A model generated the notes under the pieces. The model searched no databases. It had not been told where the DNA came from and saw only the letters and a program-made list of their open reading frames with translations. From NCBI GenBank assembly GCA_950097015.1, contig CATNEN010000035.1:372001-436000 (forward strand): DNA of 64,000 nt. The letters run 5' to 3'. The translations under genes and the position numbers were made by a program. The stretch comes from Macrostomum hystrix. Its lineage: Eukaryota; Animalia; Platyhelminthes. The stretch's first letter is position 1, and the number at the start of each line of letters is the position of its first letter. Below are positions 11,301-23,323 of this stretch, piece after piece.

Positions 11301-14300
11301 GGCAGCGGCTCTGTGTGTGGCCTGAGCTGCCGTCTCCAACCGCACGCCACACATCCCAACAACCCGCATATTGGGCCTCCCTAGTCGAGGAATTCCAGAC
11401 CAGCTCCATCATCTCCCCCGGGCCTCTCTTTCCCTCCCTCTCTCTTCACCCCGCCGCTCCCAGAGAAAAATAAACGGGAAATCGTGGGACTGGTCGGGGG
11501 TTCCTGACCATCCCTCCCTCCTCTGACGCGCTTCCTTTCAACTTCCCGATCCCAAATCCCAAAGCCTGGCTTAAGCTCATGCCCGAGCAGCGCCATTCTG
11601 TCCACCCGGCCGCTCACTTATTTCACCCTTTCCTTATCCTCCTTTTTCCCCTCGATTATCCCTTTGATTTTCAGAGAAAGGCAGAAAGAAAAACGATTGG
11701 AAAGAGTGAGCGATAGAGAGAGAGAGCTGTTTAAAGGCCACGTGACCCAGGCAGTCTCACTGAGTGTGCATGGTAGGCAGTCGGTTATGCCTCTAAACCA
11801 GCAGCTCAGACACTTCCTGCTGCATTTCAGCATCTCCAAGGAGGAGGCCAAAGTCTGGGGCGAGTCCTTCGACAAACTGATGCAGAGTTCAAGTGAGTGC
11901 TGAATGCGCTATGCCCAATTTTTATGACCATTGTTATCTCTGTTCTTGTAAATGTGGTCAAGCGCATTACATTTTATGTATGAATGCAAGATGCATTAAA
12001 TACGAATGTACAGATATGCTAAATAACCGATATATTAAAAGAACTTCCTCTCCTCTCCTCTCCTCTCCTCCCTTCTCCTCTCCTCTCCTCTCCTCTCCTC
12101 TCCTCTCCTCTCCTCCCTCTACTCACTCTCCTCTCCTCTCCTCCCTCCCTTCTCCTCTCCTCCTCTCCTCTCCTCTCCTCTCCTCTCCTCCCTCTCCTCT
12201 CATCTTTCCCATTTCCTCTCCCATCCTATCCTCATCTCGCCTGCTCTCTTCTTCTCTCGCCCCCTCTCCTCTCCGCTCTCCTTTTCTCCCCTTCCCTCCT
12301 CTACTCTCCTTTCCTCTCTTCTACCCTCAACCTCCTCTCTTCTCCTCCCTCCCTTCTCCTCTTCTCCTTTCCCTCTCCTCTCCTCTTTCCCCTTTCCTCT
12401 CCAATCCACCCTCCCCTCCCCTCTCCCCTTACCTCTCCTCTCTCTCTTTCCTCTTCCATCCTATCCTCTCATCTCATCTGCCCTCCCCTCCTCTCTTCTT
12501 CTCTCCCCTCCTCTCCTCTCCTCAGGTCGCCCTGTCCACTTAGGTCTGATGTGAGCAATGAAGCATTTTAAGTTTTATCACGTGACCAATTAGTCCCCCA
12601 GTGACAATAAACTCTCCTGCTGTTCGCGCAGATGGACGAAAAGCGTTTAGAGAGTTTCTCAAATCGGAGTACAGCGAGGAGAACATCCTGTTCTGGTTGG
12701 CATGCGAAGATCTCAAAAAGGAGGTCACACCGGAAGCAATCGAAGAGAGGGCCAGGGTCATCTATGAGGACTACATCTCTATACTGAGTCCCAAGGAGGT
12801 GAGGCGAAGTCGCATATTTCACTGCTAATAATATCAACATCTGCAGGCAGCTCTGGCTTTGGCGCAAAATTAGTCGACTGCCGACCCGAGGCCAATGCTG
12901 AGGCTATTCACTTGAACAGACACAATAAGGCATGGTGTGCTCGTCTTACCAGGGGCGTAGCCATGGGGCCACGCCCCTTTCTGGTTGTGGCGCCCCCTGG
13001 TTAATAATAATAATAACAATAATTGCAGGAGGGCTGCGGGCAGTGGCACATTATTTAGTGACACTAGACCCGCAGCCAGCGAGGAGGCAATTCTGCCCAT
13101 TTCGCTGACTCTTGAGCACACACGCAAACAGATACTGTACTCGTACGCAGGCACACGCTCACACAGGTGTGTACATCTGCCCTGACTTTCTCATCGTCAG
13201 GCAGTGTACATTTCACTGTGCCTTGGAGGTTGGCCCTCAAGGGCGTAAATTGCACGACAAGCCCCCAAGCCTTCTCTCCGCGGCTGCATGCGCCCCAAAT
13301 AAATGTGGCCTCGCCGTGGAATCGAACTTAGGGACCGTGGTGCGAGAGGCAAACGCAATAACCGCTCTGCCACCGACCCCCCGCACCCCCTGGTTGTGGC
13401 ACCCCCTTGGTTGTGGCACCCACTGGTTGTGGCACCCCCTTGGTTGTGGCACCCACTAGTTGTGGCGCCCCTTGGTTGTGGCGCCCACTAGTTGTGGCGC
13501 CCCTTGGTTGTGGTACCCACTAGTTGTGGCGCCCCTTGGTTGTGGCGCCCACTAGTTGTGGCGCCCCTTGGTTGTGGCGCCCACTAGTTGTGGCGCCCCT
13601 TGGTTGTGGCACCCACTAGTTGTGGCGCCCCTTGGTTGTGGCACCCACTAGTTGTGGCGCCCCTTGGTTGTGGCACCCACTAGTTGTGGCGCCCCTTGGT
13701 TGTGGCACCCACTAGTTGTGGCGCCCCTTGGTTGTGGCACCCACTAGTTGTGGCGCCCCTTGGTTGTGGCACCCACTAGTTGTGGCGCCCCTTGGTTGTG
13801 GCACCCACTAGTTGTGGCGCCCCTTGGTTGTGGCACCCACTAGTTGTGGCGCCCCTTGGTTGTGGCACCCACTAGTTGTGGCGCCCCTTGGTTGTGGCAC
13901 CCACTAGTTGTGGCGCCCCTTGGTTGTGGCACCCACTAGTTGTGGCGCCCCTTGGTTGTGGCGAAGGCCCGCCTTCCCGTCCCCAAGAAAAGATCCTGGC
14001 TGCGCAACTGCATCTGCCACGACTTTCTCACCTTCAACAGTGTACACTCTTATTTTGTCTTGCGGTTTGGCCCTTAAGTCGCCAAAATGATGTATTCGTG
14101 AAATTAACCATTTCAACGTCTATACTAGCCTTTTATTCATCTTTTTCACCTTTGCGAACATTCGCAAGGTGAGCCTAGACGCTCGAGTACGCGAGATCAT
14201 CAACAAGAACATGGTGGAGCCTACCGCACACACCTTCGACGACGCCCAGGTACAAATCTTCACCCTGATGCACAGGGACTCCTATCCCAGATTCTTAAAC

Positions 14301-14408
14301 TCGCAATTTTACAAACTGCTGGCCACTGGCTCGGAAGGCAGCGTCGGCAGCAGCGGGGGCGGCGGCGGAGGCGGCGGAGGCGGCGGAGGCGCAGTGAATT
14401 CTGCGTGA
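8059..14408 (+). CDS. Regulator of G-protein signalling, RZ/A subfamily (RGS17/19/20-like), 5 coding exons, ~329 aa
   Basis: Exons 8059-8483, 9169-9264, 11831-11892, 12632-12798 and 14169-14408 join in frame at GT-AG sites (990 nt). The product has the RZ cysteine string TCCLFWCCCCSC-LT and an RGS box EEAKVWGESFDKLM..GRKAFREFLKSEYSEENILFWLACE..ARVIYEDYISILSPKEVSLDARVRE..HTFDDAQVQIFTLMHRDSYPRFL. The start codon is uncertain because an in-frame acceptor exists near 8005. Confidence 0.92.
8529..8990. repeat. 24-nt minisatellite (gaatcgaatcaggaatcgcagcta) in RGS intron 1
   Basis: Visible tandem units, interrupted in the middle. Confidence 0.9.
9314..9885. repeat. 20-nt minisatellite (gagtagggtgctgggatgct) in RGS intron 2
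   Basis: Visible tandem units; they explain ORF 9160-10149. Confidence 0.95.
10195..10400. repeat. (CTCCT)n-like pyrimidine tract
   Basis: Visible low-complexity tract. Confidence 0.85.
12046..12522. repeat. (CTCCT)n-like pyrimidine tract filling RGS intron 3
   Basis: Visible low-complexity tract. Confidence 0.9.
13020..13382 (-). mobile_element. SINE family 2, full-length copy (tRNA-derived head)
   Basis: On the - strand it reads ggtggcagagcgg (A box)...aagttcgattccacgg (B box), followed by the shared body and a gcaattatt tail. Confidence 0.9.
13388..13961. repeat. 32-nt (2x16) minisatellite (tagttgtggcgccccttggttgtggcacccac)
   Basis: Visible tandem units; the seed ctggttgtggcgcccc also occurs at ~12981. 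Confidence 0.95.
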
Positions 14409-15411
14409 TGACGGACAGACGGAAATGTACCAAGAGCCGTGCGTGGAGCACTGCCAGGAACACTTGATAGATGTAGATAAATTTTTTATCTTGTTTTAGG
14501 ACAATTTTCAAGTTGGGAACATTTGGCATGTTAGGATTTTATCGAGTTATTCTGCAGTCAGCGAACATTCAATTGACATCACAATGCAACCGCGGCGGTC
14601 CTAATATTTGTCTATTGCTATTCTTCTTATTTTGGTTCAACCCAAAGTTTTCTGTTCTGTTTTCAATTCGCACCTACCAGAATTTTGTCTTACTCCTACC
14701 CAGCGTTCGTCATTGCATCTGCAACAATTGCGAGACATGTTTCAGACTTATTTGTCTTCTTTTTTTGTTCAATTTTTCTGCACACCACAATGAGGCGATC
14801 GCTGATGCGGACACAGCCCCAACGCCCCGATGGCCCAGTGTTGCGAACATTGAACGCAATTTGCTGCGCTGCTTCTTCAACATTCCTGGAACGGCGCACC
14901 AACTGATGTAAACAAATATTTTGTGTTTCCGCTATTTTTTAAAGTTTAGCTAGCTATAAGAAAAATGCGAATTAGCTCATCAGGCAAACACACTAGCAAG
15001 CTGGATGCTAGACCAACAGACAGCTCCAGAAACCTGAACTTTTGGCTACTCTTTTGTTGTCTAAAAACAGAGAATGATGAAAACCCTATTTATATTGTTA
15101 CTATTCATATTCATATTCATATTCATACTATAGTTATATTGTTAACTGAAGGTATTTTGAACAAAGCTGCGCGTACACCCGCTTTAAAAAAGTATACTTC
15201 AAAAAGCATTCGACGGTATTTGTCTGTGCGTGTGCGTGTAGTCAATTTGACTTTCTACCTTTTTAATTTTTTAATGAGATACTTTTTGCTCGTAAGCTCG
15301 TAAAAGATATAAAAATTATGGATGCGAACCTCAATTGTAGACGCATATAGATGAGTGGCAAATAAGCTGGGTTTCTAAAAGTATAAAGCGCGCGTAGCTT
15401 TCGAGTGAAGT

Positions 15412-15707
15412 AGGTGTGGAGTGAGGTGGCAGTCGAGGGAGGTTGCTGTGGAATGACGCGTCAGCTGAGTGACGTGTCTGCGGAGTGAGGTGGCTGCGTA
15501 GTGAGGTGGCTGTGGAGTGAGGTGGCTGTGGAGTGAGGTGGCTGCGGAGTGAGGTGGCTGTGGAGTGAGGTGGCTGTGGAGTGAGGTTGCTGTGGAATGA
15601 CGTGTCAGCTGAGTGACGTGTCTGCGTAGTGAGGTGGCTGCGTAGTGAGGTGGCTGTGGAGTGAGGTGGCTGTGGAGTGAGGTGGCTGCGGAGTGAGGTG
15701 GCTGCGG
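15412..15707. repeat. 16-nt minisatellite (gtgaggtggctgtgga)
   Basis: Visible tandem units. Confidence 0.9.
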
Positions 15708-16709
15708 ACTGTGCTGGCTCCGGATTGAGATTGATGTGCATATCATTGTTTTTTTCTTATTGTGTAACTTTATAAAGTAAATTTTGTAAATTTGCATCTA
15801 CCAAGTTTAGCAGACCTGAAGAAAGAAAGTAGTATATTTAAATTAGACCGTGTGGCGGTCAGTAAACACGCGAGTGCAGCCGCACCAAAACCCCTCAACC
15901 TCAGTCTACATGTAGTTGAGGTGGGGTTGGTGCACCCATCCAGCCGGCTCGCTAAGCCGGGGGGTTTGCGAAGGCACGCCACGTTTTCGCACCTCCCTAG
16001 GCCCCTCAATCTCTATTTCGCACTTCTGTTCATAATATACGGTTCGTAGAAGCGTAAATATACGCGCCATGCAGCCCCACTATCTTCGCTGCCGTTACAT
16101 TTCTTAAACAAAATGGCCTTCCGCCTTAACCGATTAAGAACACAACTATATCAATTTATTTATTTTAAACATTTTTTAAGTATGAAGCGTTTTTTCATGC
16201 TAAATTAATCTTTCTCTAGCAGATTTCTAGCGAAAGAAGTACGTACTAATAACATACAAAGCCCGATAGGCTCAAGCACACATTATTTAGAGGTGATTCC
16301 CAATCAGGTACAAAGTTTACTGTGCACTTTTAGCATGTAAGGTGGCTGAAAACTTGCAATCTGTACTTTAAAGTGCGAGCATAAATAAATTTCTTCAACT
16401 TGTAACCAAAGCCTTTTAAAGGCGTATAGGTTAGACTAGAGCAAAGTAGCAGTTTTCTCTCCGATAATTTATTACAGATGGCGCCGGCCCCTAAAGATTA
16501 ATACGATGGCACACTGAACACCATGCTTCTTTGGATCCTGATTCCCCCATAAAAACTAATGAACAAGGGAGCCTTTGACAAACTTATAGTCTTAGTGATA
16601 GCTAGAAAGCCAGAATGAAGAAGGGACTTTTTGATGAGGCAGAAATGTAGACAGATACTTGTTAAAGTCGCTAAAGTTAGGCTCCTCTGTCGCGAACGTC
16701 GCTCCCCGG

Positions 16710-19700
16710 TCACCGCCGCCTCCTCCGCCTATAATCAATCGGATCGGTGATGACAGCGTTCTCGTCGAAGGCTTCGATGCACAGCACCACCTGGCTGGCA
16801 TCGCAGGTGATCTCGCGCGATTGGAACAGCTGGCCGCTGGCCAGGTCGGTGACGTAGCCCAGCTTCACCGGGTCCCGATTAGTGAAGCCTTCGCAGTCCT
16901 GACTGAACATGTTGGCCTCGCGCTGGACAGAACGAAGGCCCTGCCAGGCTAAAATCTCCGAGCTGCGAGCGAAATCGGTCAGGGTATCGGTCAGGGTATC
17001 GGTCAGGAAAATACGCAAGATGCGATCATGACACTAACGTGCCATAAAAAAATAACTGCAGGAGGGCTGCGGGCAATGGCACATCATTTGGTGGCACTAG
17101 ACCCACAGCCAGCGAATAGGCGATCCTGCCCATTCCGCTGACTCATGAGCACAATTGCACACAGGCACCGCACGCAGGCATACGCTCACACAGGTGTGTA
17201 CATCTTCCCTAACTTTCTCATCGTCTGGCAGTGTGCACTTTCACTGCGCCTAGGAGGTTTAACTTCAATGACATAAATTGCACGACAAGCCCCCCAAGCC
17301 TTCTCTTCGCATCTGCGCCCCAAATAAATGTGGCCTCGCCGCGGAATCGAGCTCAGGGACCTTGGTGCGAGAGGCAAACGCGTTAACCGCACTGCCACTC
17401 AACCCCCACTTACAGGCCATGGTGTTCTCGCCATTCAGTTAGGTTGCGACCGTTGAAGTCCTGCAGTTGGACGTCTGTGTTCCAGACGCCCCTGCTCAGC
17501 ATGTCAGAATAGCTGCTAAACAACTGCTGGCCCTGTCATGGATTGAGTGGCGCAGATGCTTGATCATTCTCAGCCATAGAGAATTATGAACCCTAGCAAC
17601 TAACGAACTCACATGAAAATTAACAATTGGTACGTTGGCTCGCTGCGAGGCGTGCACAATGGTGTCAAGATTGTTGAACTGGCCATTCAGAAACACTCTG
17701 AAATAGCTCCTGGCCAATCCAGCTGACACAGCAGCGTCTTGACACGCGTAATCTGCACCCAGGGTGCTGAAGGCGTTCTTGTAGTACAGATCACCGCGGA
17801 GCTTCACGGGCAGGGCGACGAGTCTCAGCTGAAATCGGAATTCCAGTTTTCAATAGCGACACAATGATGCGGTCCAGTTTTCAATACTAAACAACACAAT
17901 GATCCGGTCCAGTTTTCAATACTAAACAACACAATGATCCGGTCCAGTTTTCAATACTAAACAACACAATGATCCGGTCCAGTTTTCAATACTAAACAAC
18001 ACAATGATCCGGTCCAGTTTTCAATACTAAACAACACAATGATCCGGTCCAGTTTTCATTACTAAACAACACAATGATCCGGTCCAGTTTTCAATACTAA
18101 ACAACACAATGATCCGGTCCAATTTTTAATACTAAACAACACAATGATCCGGTCCAGTTTTCAATCCTATTAAAGCGTGTTGACACCACACTATTGATTT
18201 TTCAACCGTTGTTTACTATTTTGATATTTTATACTAATCAAATAAGTGAACACTGACCTTTTTGCCTGTGACGACATACGGCAGGAACAGCTCAGGCTTC
18301 ATCGACCGAGTTCTCGGGCTTTGAGTAGTTTGCTGTCGTGAAAGTCACGAGTTTCATTTGTTTAGAACAAATATATGTTTACTCTAAAGAATTATATTTG
18401 TTTTGCTTACTGGAAATCCAAGTCTAATCCGTGGTTTTACCTAAAGTGAAAATTATTTAACTGCTTTATTTGCTTGCCTTCTACTATTGAGTAGTCTATG
18501 AAAACAAGAAATAAAAACAGGCCACTCGCTAGAAACTTACTATATAGTTGGCAACTTCTATCCACTGATTCATTCTGTAGTCAACCTTAAGATAGAGGAC
18601 TTTATCATCCTTAGTGAACACCAGTGTGCCCTCCTCGAAGGCGTAGCTAATTTCTTCGAAACTTTTATAGGTAGTGATGACTCGCTGAAATCAGATTTGA
18701 AAGTAACTTCAATATGTACATCTGGCCAAGCAGGAGTGAGGTGGGGATAGAGGGCAGGAGCTGCTTTGCACATCTAGCCAAGCAGGAGTGAGGTGGGGGT
18801 AGAGGGCAGGAGCTGCTATGTACATCTAGCCAAGCAGGAGTGAGGTGGGGGTAGAGGGCAGGAGCTGCTATGTACATCTAGCCAAGCAGGAGTGAGGTGG
18901 GGGTAGAGGGCAGGAGCTTCTATGTACATCTGGCCAAGCAGGAGTGAGGTGGGGGGGGGCAGAGGGGAGGAGCTAAAAATGGACATGAGAAATAGACATG
19001 AGCTAAAAACTTGCACTGCAACAGTTCGATGGATGAGCGCATGAGTATTGGCCTCACCACAATCGTGGAAGATAAAGCTTGACCCCCGTTGGGTACTTTG
19101 CCACCTGTTGCTGGACCCGACGTTGATGAACTCTCGCCTTCACTGGTGCTGCCACTGCCACCTCCGCGGCAGGCGCCGCAGGATGCACCAGGCTCCCCTT
19201 TCTCTCCCTTCAATCCGTTGGGCCTCTGCCCCGCTAGCTGCAGCTGCTCGCGAACCAACTGGCGCACAATGGACGCAGTGCTTCCCGGCTCTCCTTTCTG
19301 GCCAGGCTCGCCTTTGACTCCGGTCGAAGTGGGACTGCACTGCTCCGGTTTGCACTGTCCCGGAGAGCCTTGGTGCCCGATTTCACCCTTAAGAGAGGAT
19401 CAAGTAGATTGCATTATAAATTAATTTGTCTCAGCCTAACGCGATTTGTGACATTACGGAAATTACATTTTCTAAACGTCATCTTCAAAATCGAACCTTT
19501 TTTCCTGGCGGTCCTTGGGGTCCCTGTTGTCCGGGTGGTCCCTAAAGTATTATAGAAGTAACAAATGATAAGAAATGATAAGAAATAGTATATTCGCGAT
19601 CATAATTTCTAGAAGTCGCCAATGAGCGGTCGACATATTAAACTTCACAGTACAGCGTTGTAGGTGTCACAATGAAGCGTTGTAGGTGTCACAATGAAGC

Positions 19701-22132
19701 GTTGTAGGTGTCACAATGAAGCGTTGTAGGTGTCACAATGAAGCGTTGTAGGTGTCACAATGAAGCGTTGTAGGTGTCACAATGAAGCGTTGTAGGTGTC
19801 ACAATGAAGCGTTGTAGGTGTCACAATGAAGCGTTGTAAAGGTGTCACAATGAAGCGTTGTAGGTGTCACAATGAAGCGTTGTAGGTGTCACAATGAAGC
19901 GTTGTAAAGGTGTCACAATGAAGCGTTGTAGGTGTCACAATGAAGCGTTGTAGGTGTCACAATGAAGCGTTGTAGGTGTCACAATGAAGCGTTGTAGGTG
20001 TCACAATGAAGCGTTGTAGGTGTCACAATGAAGCGTTGTGTCACAATGAAGCGTTGTAGGTGTCACAATGAAGCGTTGTAAAGGTGTCACAATGAAGCGT
20101 TGTAGGTGTCACAATGAAGCGTTGTAGGTGTCACAATGAAGCGTTGTGTCACAATGAAGCGTTGTAGGTGTCACAATGAAGCGTTGTAGGTGTCACAATG
20201 AAGCGTTGTAAAGGTGTCACAATGAAGCGTTGTAGGTGTCACAATGAAGCGTTGTAGGTGTCACAATGAAGCGTTGTAGGTGTCACAATGAAGCGTTGTA
20301 GGTGTCACAATGAAGCGTTGTAGGTGTCACAATGAAGCGTTGTAGGTGTCACAATGAAGCGTTGTAGGTGTCACAATAAAGCGTTGTGTCACAATGAAGC
20401 GTTGTAGGTGTCACAATGAAGCGTTGTAAAGGTGTCACAATGAAGCGTTGTAGGTGTCACAATGAAGCGTTGTAGGTGTCACAATGAAGCGTTGTGTCAC
20501 AATGAAGCGTTGTAGGTGTCACAATGAAGCGTTGTGTCACAATGAAGCGTTGTAGGTGTCACAATGAAGCGTTGTAGGTGTCACAATGAAGCGTTGTAAA
20601 GGTGTCACAATGAAGCGTTGTAGGTGTCACAATGAAGCGTTGTAGGTGTCACAATGAAGCGTTGTAGGTGTCACAATGAAGCGTTGTAGGTGTCACAATG
20701 AAGCGTTGTAGGTGTCACAATGAAGCGTTGTAGGTGTCACAATGAAGCGTTGTAGGTGTCACAATAAAGCGTTGTGTCACAATGAAGCGTTGTAGGTGTC
20801 ACAATGAAGCGTTGTAAAGGTGTCACAATGAAGCGTTGTAGGTGTCACAATGAAGCGTTGTAGGTGTCACAATGAAGCGTTGTGTCACAATGAAGCGTTG
20901 TAGGTGTCACAATGAAGCGTTGTAGGTGTCACAATGAAGCGTTGTAAAGGTGTCACAATGAAGCGTTGTAGGTGTCACAATGAAGCGTTGTAGGTGTCAC
21001 AATGAAGCGTTGTAGGTGTCACAATGAAGCGTTGTAGGTGTCACAATGAAGCGTTGTAGGTGTCACAATGAAGCGTTGTAGGTGTCACAATGAAGCGTTG
21101 TAGGTGTCACAATGAAGCGTTGTAGGTGTCACAATGAAGCTTTGTAGGTGTCACAATGAAGCTTTGTAGGTGTCACAATGAAGCGTTGTAGGTGTCACAA
21201 TGAAGCGTTGTGAGTGTCACAATGAAGCGTTGTAGGTGTCACAATGAAGCGTTGTGTCACAATGAAGCGTTGTAGGTGTCACAATGAAGCGTTGTAGGTG
21301 TCACAATGAAGCGTTGTAGGTGTCACAATGAAGCTTTGTAGGTGTCACAATGAAGCGTTGTAGGTGTCACAATGAAGCGTTGTAGGTGTCACAATGAAGC
21401 GTTGTAGGTGTCACAATGAAGCGTTGTAGGTGTCACAATGAAGCGTTGTAAAGGTGTCACAATGAAGCGTTGTAGGTGTCACAATGAAGCGTTGTAGGTG
21501 TCACAATGAAGCGTTGTAGGTGTCACAATGAAGCGTTGTAGGTGTCACAATGAAGCGTTGTAGGTGTCACAGTACAGCGTTGTAGGTGTCACAATGAAGC
21601 TTTGTAGGTGTCACAATGAAGCGTTGTAGGTGTCACAATGAAGCGTTGTAAGTGTCACAATGAAGCTTTGTAGGTGTCACAATGAAGCTTTGTAGGTGTC
21701 ACAATGAAGCGTTGTAGGTGTCACAATGATGAATTTGAATTTGATGAATGTTCTAAAGGATAAGCACGATTTCATATAAATTATTAATCAGAAGGTGAAA
21801 ACGAACTCACCTTCTCCCCTTTGTTCGCAGCTGTGTTGCCGGTAGGACTCAAGCAACGGTCTGGACAGACGCCGGGAGGACCCGGGGGTCCAGTGTCACC
21901 CTATAGTTTTAAAGCGAAGTCCAATTGACAGTTTAAAGTTTAAAAGAAAACAGTTGCACAGATGATTTACTGGAAAAAAACCTGTCTGGGCGCGTCTGTC
22001 AGTCAGTGAAATTTGTCAGTGAAAGGAGCCAAATTTTAAACCAAAAAATTTTTTTTATCTACCACTTACCTTTTCGCCTCTGTACACAATGGGTGTGAAG
22101 TACAATCGCGAACTTGGAGTAGTCATTTTTGA
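16710..22132 (-). CDS. COL15A1/COL18A1: Multiplexin (collagen XV/XVIII-like): short Gly-X-Y segments, trimerisation domain and endostatin domain; 9 exons, ~444 aa visible
   Basis: Exons 22132-22070, 21900-21811, 19541-19497, 19387-19058, 18684-18541, 18332-18258, 17828-17613, 17532-17414 and 16962-16710 are phase-compatible with GT-AG sites. Trimerisation-like segment: RVITTYKSFEEISYAFEEGTLVFTKDDKVLYLKV..W. Endostatin: LRLVALPVKLRG..GADYACQ..RVFL..LDTIVH..VPIVN..GQQLFSSY..FNGRNL..WQG..CEGF..GQLFQ..CDASQVVLCIEAF. Confidence 0.85.
17055..17405 (-). mobile_element. SINE family 2 copy in the last multiplexin intron
   Basis: Same head, body and tail as the 13020 copy. Confidence 0.88.
17861..18165. 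repeat. 35-nt minisatellite (acaatgatccggtccagttttcaatactaaacaac), ~8 copies
   Basis: Visible tandem units. Confidence 0.95.
18712..18955. repeat. ~52-nt minisatellite (atgtacatctagccaagcaggagtgaggtgggggtagagggcaggagctgct)
   Basis: About 5 visible units. Confidence 0.92.
19647..21728. repeat. 22-nt minisatellite (aggtgtcacaatgaagcgttgt), ~2.1 kb
   Basis: Highly homogeneous visible array inside a multiplexin intron. Confidence 0.98.
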
Positions 22133-22727
22133 CTGAAAGAGAATATTTTGTCTATGTTAAATATTTATTGCCTGGGGGCATAATATTGAGCAGAGATTGT
22201 GCAATGCATTGCAGAGCTATGATGGAAATTCAGGAAACTTTTGGGACCTCCTCGCACATAAAACCACAACTGCTAGCACAAAGCTTTTTCCTGTCGGATT
22301 AAATAAAAGGAAACGGTTGCTCCTGTATGGTTTAGCCTCTTTAAACGCCACATGCAGCAATTAGACAGACGCAACTGTAATTAGGAACGGATTTCCCTGG
22401 CCGAGATGAATACAGATCGGTTATAGATACAGGAAGACTGACAGAAACTGTTGCCATCTTGCGGAAGCATTTTCATTCCTTCTGACCGATTCCTAGAGAA
22501 ATTAAGCAAAGGAGGAAAGCTATTGCTTTTGCGAACTGACAAGAAATATTCACTCTGAAAAGTGTTGGCCAGATTTGTACTATGTAAAATCGATGTCGTC
22601 TTTTGTTTTTTTGGGATACAATATTGAACAGATGATGATTTGATACGAGCATATATAAGCTTAAATAACGAAACACAGGTGCTTCTTGACTTCGGTAGCT
22701 TGTGGTGGATTAAAAACGGGTTGAAGC

Positions 22728-23323
22728 TGGAGTGAGTCAGATGCTGAATGAATAGAGGGGTGCTATGTACACCTGGTCTCGATGGAGTGAGTCAGATGCT
22801 GAATGAATAGAGGGGTGCTATGTACACCTGGTCTCGATGGAGTGAGTCAGATGCTGAATGAATAGAGGGGTGCTATGTACACCTGGTCTCGATGGAGTGA
22901 GTCAGATGCTGAATGAATAGAGGGGTGCTATGTACACCTGGTCGCGATGGAGTGAGTCAGATGCTGAATGAATAGAGGGGTGCTATGTACACCTGGTCTC
23001 GATGGAGTGAGTCAGATGCTGAATGAATAGAGGGGTGCTATGTACACCTGGTCTCGATGGAGTGAGTCAGATGCTGAATGAATAGAGGGGTGCTATGTAC
23101 ACCTGGTCTCGATGGAGTGAGTCAGATGCTGAATGAATAGGGGGTGCTATGTACACCTGGTCTCGATGGAGTGAGTCAGATGCTGAATGAATAGAGGGGT
23201 GCTATGTACACCTGGTCTCGATGGAGTGAGTCAGATGCTGAATGAATAGAGGGGTGCTATGTACACCTGGTCTCGATGGAGTGAGTCAGATGCTGAATGA
23301 ATAGGGGGTGCTATGTGCACCTG
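22728..23323. repeat. 55-nt minisatellite (tggagtgagtcagatgctgaatgaatagaggggtgctatgtacacctggtctcga), ~11 copies
   Basis: Near-identical units with no spacers. Confidence 0.97.

Larger units (their letters stand above)
12950..14010. mobile_element. Old hAT-like MITE carrying a nested SINE and an internal minisatellite
   Basis: The left end CAGGGGCGTAGCCATGG is an imperfect inverted repeat of the right end (reverse complement CAGTTGCGCAGCCAGG). The 8-nt flanks cgtcttac and catctgcc match at 5 of 8 positions. The superfamily assignment is inference. Confidence 0.55.

Noticed and set aside
22728-23323. CRISPR-like appearance of regular arrays (also at 17861, 29198 and 47690)
   Set aside because: Units are head-to-tail with no unique spacers, the context is eukaryotic, and there are no cas genes.
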